Assembly (NCBI GenBank): GCA_976226885.1
Contig: OZ320315.1
Coordinates: forward strand, 20,026,001-20,090,000
Length of the DNA: 64,000 bases
From: Iphione sp. A-MEVVRFRX5
Taxonomy: Eukaryota
Direction: 5' to 3'
The translations under genes were made by a program, and so were the position numbers. Shown here piece by piece: positions 24,772-37,300 of this stretch (position 1 is the first letter of the stretch; every line of letters starts with the position of its first letter). Below the pieces are notes generated by a model, which was not told where the DNA came from, made no database searches, and was given only the letters and a program-made list of their open reading frames with translations.

Positions 24772-27700
24772 TTCTGCCTAGCATTATGTCATAAGCGAGG
24801 TTTTCAATAAAGTTTAGTTTGACTGGGTGAAGATAGTTATCCATTGGGAGTTGGAGGTGAACGATGCTCGTGGTTTTAGAGACAGTCCCATTAGCCATAA
24901 CACATTCTGCATTGGTTGGAAGGACAGACATATTGACCTTTTCAGCCTGTAGTCGATTAAATGTGTTCAGACTCATGCACCAACCTTATGTCAACCAATG
25001 CCTTGAATGAGGCGTTCCCTATCCTTATCTCAGTGGTACAATCAGCTGTCAACGAGTGGCAAACTGGCTCCGACCCACCATCATCCATGTTGTGTTTTCT
25101 TTTCATATCGATCCCCGGTCCCCTGTCTTTACATCTGAACCCAGTTTTTTTTATGATTCCGAGAATTTCTTGGAATTTAGGAGGGAGCTTAAAATCCGAA
25201 AAGGTTTGATGGTGCTTAATTTCATCGGGAAGCATGAGATGTTCGCCACCGCTAGGACAAGCAGGGTTTCTCCCACACCTTGGCTTGAGTTTGGTACAAA
25301 TGATTCTTGTACTCCAAAATGTTACCTCGTTGTGGACACAGACTTCCATAAATTCCCAATTGGGTCTACATTCCCGCTGCTTATGCTTAATAATAGATGA
25401 GTGAATCAACGTGAGGACATGGTACTCAAGGCTATTGATACACAATCCTTCTGCTATAGCGCAGTCACATTTTAACACAACATTGCCCTCTGGGTCTACT
25501 TCAGAAAGGCAGACACAATGATTAGGAAAATGAGAGCTATCAAATCAAATAGGTTGCTTACTACTATCAGTCTTATTTGTGTCTGACACCCTGGTCTTAC
25601 TCAACTTTTGGGAGAACTTCCTTGGGCAGAGAGGGTGTGATTTTTTAGTATGATACCTGAGTCTTTTCACCCATCCTAATGCTTCTTCAGACTGTCATGC
25701 CAAAGGCCTTGATAAGAAAAGGAGAAATCCCCTCTTGTTGAGGACAGGGGAGGGAGGTTCAGTTATGGGGTTACCATGAGGTAAGAGGGGGAAGTGGGGA
25801 ACAGAAGGGTGAATTTCGCCAACATGAAAATTGTGAATCGTATCATGCATAGTGACATCCCACAGGTCACCAGATGAAGACTCCCAACACTTGGGCTTGT
25901 TAGGAGTCTGCTCTAGTTTCCCGAGTTTGACATTTTACTTTTCGCCAAGTGATCTATTTCCCTTCGCATCTGATCCATGATGTGACCCATCGCCATGATC
26001 TGCCTGTTTTAGTCAGGATCATACCAATCCTGTAGGGGAAGAGGATACTGGCCTTGGGGAGGAGGGGGCATAATGGTCTGGTTGGGAGGAACTGTAGAGA
26101 TCTTGGTTGTACTTTGGAGAGTTTTGGCGAGGACTTGGCCCTCTAGAGCGATATCTGCCTCGCGGCCTTCCCCGGGAGTACGCCCCTCTTGATGTGGACT
26201 GGAGGGCCCGTCCCTGTTCCATATCCCTCTTCTTGGTGTTGCATTCACGTGCAAAATGCCCGGGATTATGATAATAATAGCAGACAACAGTGGCCTTGTC
26301 AAGACGTGGGTGGTGGCGGGGCTAGAGGCAAGGGGGCAGGGACGGGGTGGGTCGAGGCAGTTGACGGCACTGCTGATGCGACAGGGATCGGGGCAGGGGC
26401 GCAAAGTCGCGTCGTTATAGATGGCGGACTAGGTAGGACTGCAGGAGTGGTTGGGGCAGCTGACGTAGTTCTTCCCAGTGTTTTAAGGGCATAAGTCATG
26501 ATTTCCCCTGACACCACTTACATGCGTCTGTGATGGCATGATGAAATGAGGGGATTTTCCTATGTTCCATCATTTCCCTTAGTTCAGGGAGAATATTTTC
26601 CATAAATATTCTCCCCGGTTCCATCGCTGTCTTGTCCTGCTGCTATACATACTTTCATAAGGCTATCCGCAAACTCGCCTGGAGTCTCATCGCAACATTG
26701 CTTACAACTCCTCAACCTTTCTGAGATCTCTGAACCTGAGGGTCCCTTTTCCTTGAGAAAGAATGCCCTCAAAGTATCCCAATCGTTATGGCAGGTTATG
26801 TGGATGTGGAAGGTTCTGGGACAGAATGTTTTGATTTTCTCAAAGCATTTGTTAACATAGGTAGGGGTAGGGGCATCTCCCTCTCCCTCTAGGTCAGTAA
26901 CATAAATGGCTTTCATGTAGTCCTCATATTGGTCAACCCAGTCAGCTACAGTATAAGGGTCAGTGGGGAACATACCTGGTCTCTTTGGCATGACAGTCAG
27001 CTTTTTAGCCAGTAAATTAAATGAATCACTTTCCATTGTGTAGTTTATACTCTTTCTCCCACAAAAACAACAGGGTTGGGACTTACTGTAGAGGCGGGAG
27101 TCAACAGACAGACTTGAAGTGGTGGTGTTTCTAGCTGCCTGGAGGTTCCTGGCTGTGGAAAGGTGTTGCCCTGGGCTCCAGCCGAGGATGAGCTGCCTGG
27201 TAGGACAAGGGTGCACCGAGGAGTGGTCGGCTGTAACGAGGAGGATGCTCTCGGCCTGGACCTAGATGGCTGCCAAGGGGTGGATGTGATGGTGGCAGAG
27301 TCTTCCACCCACTCAGAAGGAGAAGCTGACCTCAACGGGAGAGAAAATGACAGACGTCTGGTGCGGCCTAGGAGACCTTGGATGCCAAAGGGAGTTTGAG
27401 GGATGCTTGTTGATGGGTCGCATGGGCTAGGGTGCTTTCTTGTTGCCAAGCCCCTCCACTGTTCACTTGCTGCAGTGGGAGGCCGTTGCGCAGAAACGCT
27501 TCTAGTGACACGACGGTTGCTGTCTGCCATGCATAAAGCTGACAAGAGAGATACCCGGGTTCTCCACCAGTGTGATGTTTTGCTTACTGTGGGATATCAC
27601 TTCCCTCGGGATCTTATTAGTGGAGGGTTGTTTCAAATAGAGCGAACTACTGTTACTAACTGACCGCCTTCTGGTCCCGTCTTTCCTTCTTCTCTTGTCT

Positions 27701-28389
27701 TCTGCCAAGGGTTGTCTCATGATGGCTGGATTCAATCTGACGACTCTTACCAGTACCATGCTGGAAGGACTGTGCCTTAAGTGTGGCAGTGTTAGTGGTA
27801 ATAGAAAAAACAACAAGATCAGTGAAGTAGAGTTCAGAACGCTTTATTCAGAACACATCAAAGGGATGGTACTTTCCCTCTCCTGACAGCTTATGGCAAT
27901 GTGGCTGACATACTATATAACACACCCCAATCTTGTGACTAGAGGACAGCATCGAACCAGGGAGTCAGACCAGAGTTTGGGCCTCGCAAACCCATGTGGG
28001 AGAGCCAAAGTCCTGTGTAGTGTTGGGGCCTCAGCTGATTCCAACAGGCAGGCTGGCTGGCTGGCTCACAGGCTGCTGCAGGAGGCTGGAGGCTGGGAGG
28101 CTCTGGGTGCAGGCTGGTTCTGGTCTAATCTCATCCAACATCCTCAGGTGGTAGTCTCAGGGGTGAGACCCCGAGTGATGGTGGAGATACTCCTTATATC
28201 TCAATCAGTCTACTGATGCTATCTCCTCATTGGCTGAGGGCAGAGCCCTTGTGATTGGCTAACTTACAAAAAGTCCAGATCTGATTGGTCGACATAATTG
28301 ATGACCCAATGCTGGCAGTAGAAGATCAAAGGAAGTGTGAGGTTCAGACCACCTGCGGTGGACTTTTGAAGTGAGCCAGGGCTTTGAAG
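24772..28389. repeat. Segment B copy 2 (G2 PR, gag 26584-27036, PBS, LTR-X)
   Basis: Direct duplicate of 12207-15826; continues into unique LTR-X U3 at 28390. Confidence 0.95.
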
Positions 28390-29074
28390 TGGACCACATG
28401 GCCCCAAGTCTGGCCAGGGGGTATGTCCTAACAAAACACTGATACCAGTTCTGTCCCTACGACATAGGGGCCATGTGGAGTCTTAGTCTTTGAAGAAGAT
28501 GGTCAACCCGGACCCATGGCCACCTGGCTTCAGCCATCAGAACTCAGGGGAGTCCTCCAGGCAGGGGCCATCTGGAGTCTTGGCTTTAAAGTTAGTACTC
28601 TCATCGGGACCTTAGCTGCTTGACCCAGGCTCTCCGAAGTCAAGAGGGTCCCTCCAGATGGGGCTATCTGGAGTCTTGCCTTTGAAGTGAGTACTCTCAT
28701 CAGGACCATGGCCACCTGGTCTCTCTTCTCTGGAGTCAGGGGAGTCTCTCCAGATGGAGGCCATCTGGTTTCTCCCAGAGTCAGCGGAGTTCCTGCAGAT
28801 GAGGGCCATCTGGCCCGACAGTCGTTTGAAGTTCTATCTGCCAAGGTCACGGTCTGGCAGTTCTTTGAAGTGTGGACTCAAGGTGAAGGTCGAGCACTCC
28901 CTCCAAGTGCTGGTAGTCTTGGCGTCGCCCCTCGCGGGAATGTCACAAGGTGAAAGTCCTTCACCCCAAGGGCGTGAGGCATCAAGGTCAAGGTCGCCAC
29001 CCTGACCCTCAAAGAGTCTGGGAGCCACGACCAACTGTCGAGGGAAGGGGGTTATCCGGTTGTCTCCCATGCCA
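27571..29074 (-). repeat. Complete LTR-X (~1.5 kb), 5' LTR of G2
   Basis: TG...CA termini (TGGCA...CATCACA on minus). Both ends coincide with the ends of the diverged copy at 61214-63685. U3 repeats, three CCAAT boxes (~28228-28290), TATA-like ATATAAG ~28195, AATAAA at 27843-27848. Confidence 0.75.
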
Positions 29075-29382
29075 GGCCAAGGTGCCTCCAAGAACCGACC
29101 AAATGGTATTGATAATCTAACACTTTCCTACTAGTAGTGTAAGTCAGGGTACATTTAATGTAGATTCTCTAATTTGTACCTTATTTTCATTATGTCTTTT
29201 TGCCATAGTAACCAAATAAATCAAGTAAAGGTACATTTTCAAAATAGCATGTAATTCAAGGCCTTTCTTTTATACAGTCCAAAATGACTACAGTATTAAA
29301 TTATGCAGCTTAACATAGTATAGGATATGACTATTACCAGTGCTCAAAACCTTACTTATCCCAGTGAGGAAAGGGTTAATGT

Positions 29383-29441
29383 TATGCAACACTAGGGTGC
29401 ACTATGCAACACTAGGGTGCACTATGCAACACTAAGGTGCA
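29383..29441. repeat. 20-bp tandem repeat x3 (ATGCAACACTAGGGTGCACT)
   Basis: Directly visible. Confidence 0.9.
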
Positions 29442-30102
29442 GTGCACAAAGGATATTCATTAACATAGCACATCATCCAACAAATACTTACTTTCCTGTT
29501 CTGCATCCACATCATTTCCCTCCCCTCTAATGATCTCTTGCTTTTCTCATCATCACTATGACTCACACCTAATGTACATAACAATCAAAGTGTATGGCTT
29601 AATGGTAGGACCCCAAAAAGAACATTATACCAAACTTAGAAAAATTTGTTTTGACCATTCATATGCTTCATAGGGCTCAATTTTGATTTTGAAAAAATTC
29701 ATTGGGTTGATACTGTTACACTTGATAATATGCCTGAACAAATGCAGACTTAAAGCAAAGGTTTCATGTTCAAAGACTTAGTTCCACATCATTTAGACTA
29801 GTACCTTTCTTCATATTTTAGGACATTTATTTCGCATTAACATCTCTTTACATAAATCTATTCCTTGAATAGTATGATTCATTCCATCTCCCCCATCACC
29901 GTCACTAATAACTTGCAGGTATGAGACAAGCGGAATTTTATTTTGGGGGGAAACATGCATTCTGTGCAAGGTGCAGTTATAAGAATACAGAGGATATTCC
30001 AAAACCGAATGATCGCCGTTTCCGCCAAAAATCGTTTGGATTTAAGAAAATTTGGATTTTTAGTAGTGCCAAATTCCATAGAGAAAATGCCCTAAAATGA
30101 CT

Positions 30103-30415
30103 ATTTCATGGAGATTGTGGCAAATTTCATGGAGATTGTGGCAAATCTCATGGAGAAAAAGCTGAAAAATGACTATTTCAAGAAGTTGTGGCAAATTCCA
30201 CTGAGAAAGTGCTGAAAAACAGTGTATGCTTTGTTCTCTTACTATAGGAGGGTTTTGCTTGCATGTAATTCTTATGTAATTGTTTAGCACATCTGTATTC
30301 TACTTGTAACCTTTGTCAGTTGCTCTGCGCTTTGTTCTCTTACTATAGTATAGTCTGGCTGGCATGTAGTTCTTATGTAATCATTTAGCACATCTGTATT
30401 CTACTTTTAACCTGT
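30103..30415. repeat. 21-bp tandem repeat x2.5 (30103-30156) and ~101-bp duplication (30228-30415)
   Basis: ATTTCATGGAGATTGTGGCAA units; TTGTTCTCTTACTATAG recurs at 30231 and 30332. Confidence 0.75.
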
Positions 30416-31909
30416 GTTAAAATTGTTCTGATTTGGGATAGAATAATTTGGTTATATGAGTGTCTAAATAGAGAAAAACGTTTGGTTGCCAGAAATATTG
30501 TTCGTATTTGGGGAAATTCGGTTTTCGAGTGTTCAGATTTGGAGTTACCTCTGTACTTTCATTATTCACGTTACATGTCATTGCATTTCTCATCTAAAAA
30601 TCACAGAATCCATATATGTGCACAGGACAGAGGCAACTGATATAATCACAGTTTTAGAGACCTTTTTAAGATGGATACAAAATTACAGCTAAAACAACTG
30701 CATTGCACTCAATCGGAGTCATACTGATTTGTTACTTCGTGTAGTATGTTAGGTATTTGCTTGTAACATGGCAGCAAGACAAATTCCTTTATTCCATAAT
30801 ACACTCTCATATTAACATTATTTTTTACTTTATGTCACCCAGAAAAGTTGAACATGGATTGCATACTGAATGTTATAAAAGATGAAAAAAGAAATACCTT
30901 CACCTTATTTATCATCAATGACAAAGATATCATCAGGTGTTCGGTCCATGACAGATTTGTCTGTTTGCTGCAGCTTCGGTTTAGTGATGCATACATAGAA
31001 ACTATTTGTGGTGGCCCTTCTTCTAATGATACTTAACAGTTGCCAGCTATCATGACAAATGGAAATGGTATCGTCAATTTCCTATTCATATGACGCCATA
31101 TGTACAAGGTAGGAAAGGTACAATGGCACAATAACAATCAGTACTTACTAGAGTATATTCGATATCAATAAGTCTCCAGCTGATCAATAAAGCTCTAACG
31201 GTGTGAACACTTACTAAGTACCGGTAAGATGATTTTCACAGGAGGCCATTTTGTTTTATCTTTGTGCCGGTCAAAATTTTTTACACATCAAATTGAATAG
31301 GTTAGGACAGCAAATTTTACTTAAAACACTACAAGTAATTAGAATGAGTTCAAGTGACTTTCAGTTACCGATCTAAGTAATTTGTAGCTAAAATAACCTA
31401 CCGAGAAACCATTCTCTAAACAACTTTGACTAAAGTCAACCTGCCTTGTCCGCATTCAGTGGGATTCTCTTCAATTACCGAAAGGAGTGGAAGTATAATA
31501 AGTCTTCCAAAACAACCGAACGTTGAAATATTATTATATATATTAAAAACTAATGAATTTAAACTGGAAAAGGCAGTAACAGCAAATACAACATAGGCAT
31601 TACGTCCCAGTTGGTCGCATGATTGTAAAAATGCATACACTCGCACTGGGTAACATTCACGTCATGCCATCAATACTCCGGATAATGCATTTGCACCTAC
31701 ATTACTATAACAGTGGTACATCAGAAAGCCTATTAATGACTCTTAATGTATAAAGTAACATTAACTATAACCAGATTACTTAATGGCATGAAACAAGCTA
31801 CAACCAAACAACAATAACCCAGTTCAAAGAAAAGAAATGAATACATTTAAACAGTAACTACAATATCATACCCCTACATTACAAGTGAACTTTGACCATT
31901 GCAAACTTA

Positions 31910-32342
31910 CTAGGCATAAGGATGCCTTCTAAAATTGTTTCCCTTGCCCCTATTAGGATTGTACTGCCCAGGGTCCACATCTTCATATTTTTGACCAACT
32001 TCAAGAATAAAATGCTGGAACAGAAGACAATGCCACCTACACTTAGACTTCCAAAAGTCTGCAAGAGGCGTTAATATTTGTGCTGATCAACCTCCAAACA
32101 TTTTTGCATTCATCAATATTTAGTTTTTTTAATATGAGTAACCTTTGAGCAAATGTATCAATGTCTTGTGATTCTTGCAATATTTAAAATATCCCTGTGT
32201 CTTCCACCTCGCCTAATCCAGTATTCACATTTTTCAGGCTTTTCATCAGGATCTGGGAACTTGATGAATCTACTCCTCCTTCTAGGCATTAATAATAGCA
32301 TGTGTCAGAATTACAGTCACCCCACTCACAGCTGCGAACCAT
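31910..32342 (-). pseudogene. THAP-domain (C2CH) pseudogene with a GT-AG intron (32015-32142), probably DNA-transposon derived
   Basis: MVRSCEWGDCNSDT..GGV/RFIKFPDP..KCEYWIRRGGR..ITRH*YICSK, joined by a phase-0 splice (AAAG|GTTA..TTCCAG|CAT) to HFI, restoring the THAP CSKHF signature. Two stops and one frameshift. Confidence 0.7.
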
Positions 32343-33449
32343 TTCTCAATGGATTACGACTCGTAACAATGTGAAAGTCTGACTTGAAAAATTACTTCTG
32401 CTGCAAAATAGAAGATGGTGCTAGTGACATGGACAATGTCCACAGCTATTAGTTGTTGCTCCACGAGAGCTCTAAAAGTATGATTCTTATTGGTTATGAC
32501 TGCAACTAGCATAAACCATGATAACTAAGGCGATCAGTCAATTATTTGAACAGTTCCCCCAGAATATTGTTCATTCAAATTGGATTGTCTCAATGGTCAA
32601 TGGATACAGAGTAAAATTTTATATAAGTGCTATCAGTTCTATAAGTTCAGGTTACACCACAAAACATTAGCCAAAATAATACTTCACCCTGCATTCTATG
32701 TAGAAAGGTCAACAATTTGGAAGTAATCCTTCTTAGTCTTGTCCAAATTGAATTTCTGAGTGTGTATTATATCAATAGCTCCATTTCATAAATATTTCAA
32801 GTGACTTGGACTAATAGAACAGTTCAGTAATCTATAGCTATCTAGTTTTCATAGCAGGGATTATTTCTCAATATTGCCCTATATATAAACAACTCCTTTG
32901 CCTGTAATTAGAAAAATCCATCTATCTAGCATGATAAAATATTACCAACAGGTGAAAGTATCAAGTATCAAAGTATGTCCTGACTCCAAGGCTTCTGTTT
33001 TAGTATTATTATTTCATTTCCCAGTGACTGCTGTATATTAACTGATTCAGAACATGAAAGAGGTAGGATGATAAATAGCATTTGTTAATTTATCAACTCC
33101 CCCCAACATCAATACCTTAGAGTAGGAATAGGTTTATTGAAAGGGAATTAGACTGAACCTGATTGGCAACCTTAGAACAACAAAAACAGAAATCTCAAAA
33201 ACAAGAAACAAAATTAAAATTTTTACAGGTATCGGTCTCAAGCGTCAGTGTCAGGATTCAGTCATAAAGCCTAAGTCTGACGCTCACTGTAGGAGAATTC
33301 AAAAAATTAAACTTTCAAAATTTGAACCTAAAAACCCTATAGGAGTTCCAAACATACATAGAATAAGTTTTGAGCACATAGTAGATTAAGTTTGGAGCAT
33401 TGAAATAAAAATTGAAACTTTTGTCCAAGAGCGTTAGGGTAACCCCAAC

Positions 33450-34045
33450 CCTCTCTATAAAACAGGAACCCCCTACTTACTACAGAAATGTATGGGAAAC
33501 CCATGGACCAATCAGGGAAAGGCTAAGCCTTTATAAACAGCTGGCTCTAAGCCAGCCCAGGCAGTCAGGAGCAGGGAGCAGAACAGTGCAGAGCTACATA
33601 CACCAGAGCAGTGCCTACACCATTGGATTCACCACTCTGTAGCATTGACTATAGTAGGTATACCATTCTGTAAGACTTGTTGTACTCCATTTGTTAATTC
33701 TACTTTAGGACACTCTAAGAGACTTAAATGTAACTACTCTGCACAGGCATGGATTCACCACTCTGTAGTATTGACTATAGTAGGTATACTAATCTATAAG
33801 ACTTGTTATACTCCATTTTGTTAATTCTACTTTACGACACTCTAAGAGACTAAAAGGTAACTACTCTGCACAGAACTTTCTGGTCTGGCTCTCCTGCTTT
33901 CGTTTTTACTCAGACATTGTGCCGCTTCATTGTACTCTTGTTTTTAGCTCCATATTATGTCAGAACACATTCTGTCCTTATTTTAAAACTCAGTGTTGTC
34001 AGGTGGGAGACAATCACCCTTCTGGTGTTGTCTCCAAAAAAACTC
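33450..34045 (+). repeat. Diverged LTR-X-family fragment with an internal 126-bp duplication (33625-33746 / 33751-33873)
   Basis: CCAAT ~33510, TATAAA ~33532, CTGGTCTGGCTCTCCTGC block shared with the 38.0 kb copy, and TGTCAGG plus the conserved hairpin at 34006-34035. Confidence 0.5.
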
Positions 34046-34140
34046 CATACATCTTTACTCAGTTCCACCTCAGTCATTCATATTTTATATACTTTATTGG
34101 CACAAAAATAAGTCCTTTTAAGAATATATCAAGACTAGTT

Positions 34141-34194
34141 CATATATATATATATCTCTACCAGAGTAAACTATATATATATATATATATATAT
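34141..34194. repeat. (TA)n microsatellites
   Basis: Two TA runs. Confidence 0.9.
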
Positions 34195-34308
34195 GCAAAG
34201 TATTTAACGACACAGACTCTGCATACTTGTTCCATAAGGACTACATCAAGGCTAGTATTAAAGCCACATACACATAGTTGTAGAAATAAGGTGCAGAGAC
34301 TCAAGAGA

Positions 34309-37300
34309 GATTCAAGATTCAAGATTTAAGATTTTTTATTAACCATTCCTTGCAGTCAGATACAAAGTTCTCCTGGTTAACAGACAGGTATGTAACAACA
34401 TGTGGTACAAGCCCGCAATTCAGTGCACAAAAAATGCCATACATGTTATAGAATGAGAATACATGTATCATTTGAAAGGTTAGTACCAATTGCAATACCC
34501 CTACTTGTTGTGTGCTTATAACTTATATGCCATAAACATGCACCTGGAAGGAGCAATATACACCGAAGTTCACTGTCTCATACATTAGGTGGATACTATC
34601 ACTACATACAACTATTAACTGTATGTGAAAACTAATCTAAACATTTTCACGATCACAGTGCCTACCATTAATCCATGAGTGACTTTTACATGTATCCCAA
34701 GTTACATTGTTTCCTCATTAGGATCCAGCACTCTTGTAGTCATTAGAGTAAGTACGATCACAGTTTTGCTGACATGCTGCATGCATTGTTGTATGTAAAT
34801 CACAGTATATGCAGGTCATTAAAAAATCAATTTTGCCTGTATCACAGAAACCATGGCACACTGTTCGGACCCTAACTAGTGTACAGCTGCTCTTGTCTCT
34901 ACGGTTGTGTTCTTCAGCATTAGATTCAGGGCCAAATGTTCAGCAGTGTACATCAGTTTGAGCCATGTGAAATCAATTCAGCACCATATGAATTTACCCA
35001 TTGCACCTCCTAAGCTAGTTTGGATATCTGGCTATGTCCCCAGGTCAGTCAGGTGATCATTGTCTTGTCTTAGGTCAGGTACTTAGTCTTTATAATTCCT
35101 GTGGCCTATGCGGATGCTCATCGGTTAGCTATGTTCCATATCTTCTCCTTGGATGCATTCGGATCCAAGCACCAGCTTCTTCTATGGCTCTTATGCAGGC
35201 TGGCAGATCATAACATTCTATTACAGCCCTCAATCTTAATGATCACAGAAACCGAGTCAAATATGCCTTTGGGACATGGATCATACCCTCAGCTCCTTTT
35301 CTCATTTTTATTCTATTCTTCCATAGGAGTACCCCTAGGCTAACAAGCCTATGCACGGTGCACAGTGCTTTCCGCCCCAAACATTTGTTCACCCTTTTTA
35401 TACCCAGTCTTCTAGTCATGGTGGATGATGACAGGTATCCTTCAGTTTGAAGTGCTATACGCGCACAGTGATTTAGATTGCTCTGAAGCTTGGATTTCCA
35501 TGCCACCCTGGCATTGTACCACATCAGGAACTGATAGTCTAGTTTTGTCCTGGCCATTGAAAAGTATTTTCCTTGCTGAGGTCAGTAGAACTCCCTTCAG
35601 TCTTCTGATCCATAGGGCCATTGACCACAGGAGTTTATCGCCTTATTTGCTGCAGGCACTCCTTTTAGGTCATCGTCTATCTGAAACCCAGGCTCATGTT
35701 TTGTCTGATTGCTCATTATCTGTAGATCTAGTGGGACTCTGTGTGCCTTGCCCATGGTCATATAAGAGCACTTGGCTACACTCAGGTGGAGTCCTACATC
35801 CTGACACCATTGCACAATTTTCAGGATGACTAGATTCATCTTATCCCTCAATTTCAGGAGGTCACGTTCACTCACTATTACGACGATTTCATCCGCGTAT
35901 AGAACTGTGACAGTGTCCTTTGGTAAGCTCACCACTACACTGTTTATCATGTGGTTGAAAGCATGAGGTCAAAAGATCGATCCTTAGGGGACCCCTTGCC
36001 ATACCTCTCGTAATGATGACTCTGTCCTTGCGCATCACACAAACTGCTTTCTCCCAAGGAAGTAGCTCCACACCAGCTTGCACAGGTTGCTACCTGCACC
36101 CAGTTCTCTCGGGCATTCTTGTACTCTGATCCGGCTAACCAGATCAAATGCCTTTTTCAGATCAAATGCCAAGACACATATGTAAGTCCCTGTGATGGCC
36201 CATACCAAGTTGTAAATTGATGTGTCCACGTAGCCATAGTTCCTCAACAGTTTCTTATATCTTCTGCATCTCACTAGGACTGCATGTATCACCATACCTT
36301 CCAGATCAGCATTTCATGCGCTTTACAGCAGGATAGATCACAGACAATCAAGATACGCTTTATCCTGCCAATGTATCCTTGTACCATGTCCTTGATGCAA
36401 TATTCTTTCAAGAGAAAAGGCAACATAGGCAGATTACATCATGCCAGAAAACAGATATTAGAGACAATATTTTTAAGTCAGCACCATTTGCTCCAACACC
36501 ACTCACACAGCTTACAGTGAGTCGCAACCAAACCCATCCATACAGAGTTAATTTTTTACTTGGTCACACAAACTCATCCCTGATTTCCATCAGTAATGAC
36601 CCAAGTTTATTCTCCCCACCATCTTCCCATCCTCTCTTTACATAGTAGCTTAGTCCCTTTCCGGATCCCAAGTGTGAATCATTGTCAGTGTACTTTAGTT
36701 TGAGTTTACCATACTTAACAGTTGACGAGCACTATTCGAGAGATAGTATTTGTTTTGCAGTATTCTTCTTAGAATTACCTTTGAATATTTGGCCCATTGT
36801 TTGGAGTGGTCATTGGACAAGCTCAGTTTCCTTATTGGTGTGTTTATGTCCATGTAATTTATGCTCCTGAACAGTTCTGGTCTACTGTGTACGCGCGATT
36901 TCTCACTGCTGTACATATTTTCAGCTGCGGTAGAGAGTGTTGTTTAGTTTTACGTCACCTGCCGCCAGCATCAATAAACCTGGAGAATCATTTCAAAATA
37001 TCAGATAGTCACCTGATATCAGCATCAAGGAATTTCTTATCTCTAAATAACATGCCAGTAGCTTATGATCTAATGGTGAGTATTTATTTCCATCCACATA
37101 TAGGTCAAGGCCTATTACAGTCAGACTCTTTTCTTAATTTCTTGCAGACATTGTTAAGCGTTCTTGTTTACTATGAGTTTCACGAGCCCACTGTGGAATA
37201 TCCTCTCTTGCGTACACTTCTTTGTACTCTCTGAATTTTGAAATTCTTTGTTTCAGCACATAATTTCTTAGCTCACTGGCACTTAGGACAATACCTACAG

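Larger units (their letters stand above)
15825..24773 (-). repeat. Arm A' (inverted copy of 3211-12163): G2 RT-RH-INT-env-LTR-Y on +, LINE fragment, G1 LTR on -
   Basis: Reverse complement of arm A with scattered substitutions (3 aa differences in the 287-aa RT ORF, 2 in the 205-aa RH ORF) and a 5-bp indel near 16196. Confidence 0.95.

Noticed and set aside
29983-30540. Possible MITE (AAAACCGAA ~30000 / TTCGGTTTT ~30515)
   Set aside because: Inverted match is short and imperfect and no TSD was found.
33919-34329. 136-aa ORF
   Set aside because: Spans an LTR fragment and TA microsatellites; composition is not protein-like.
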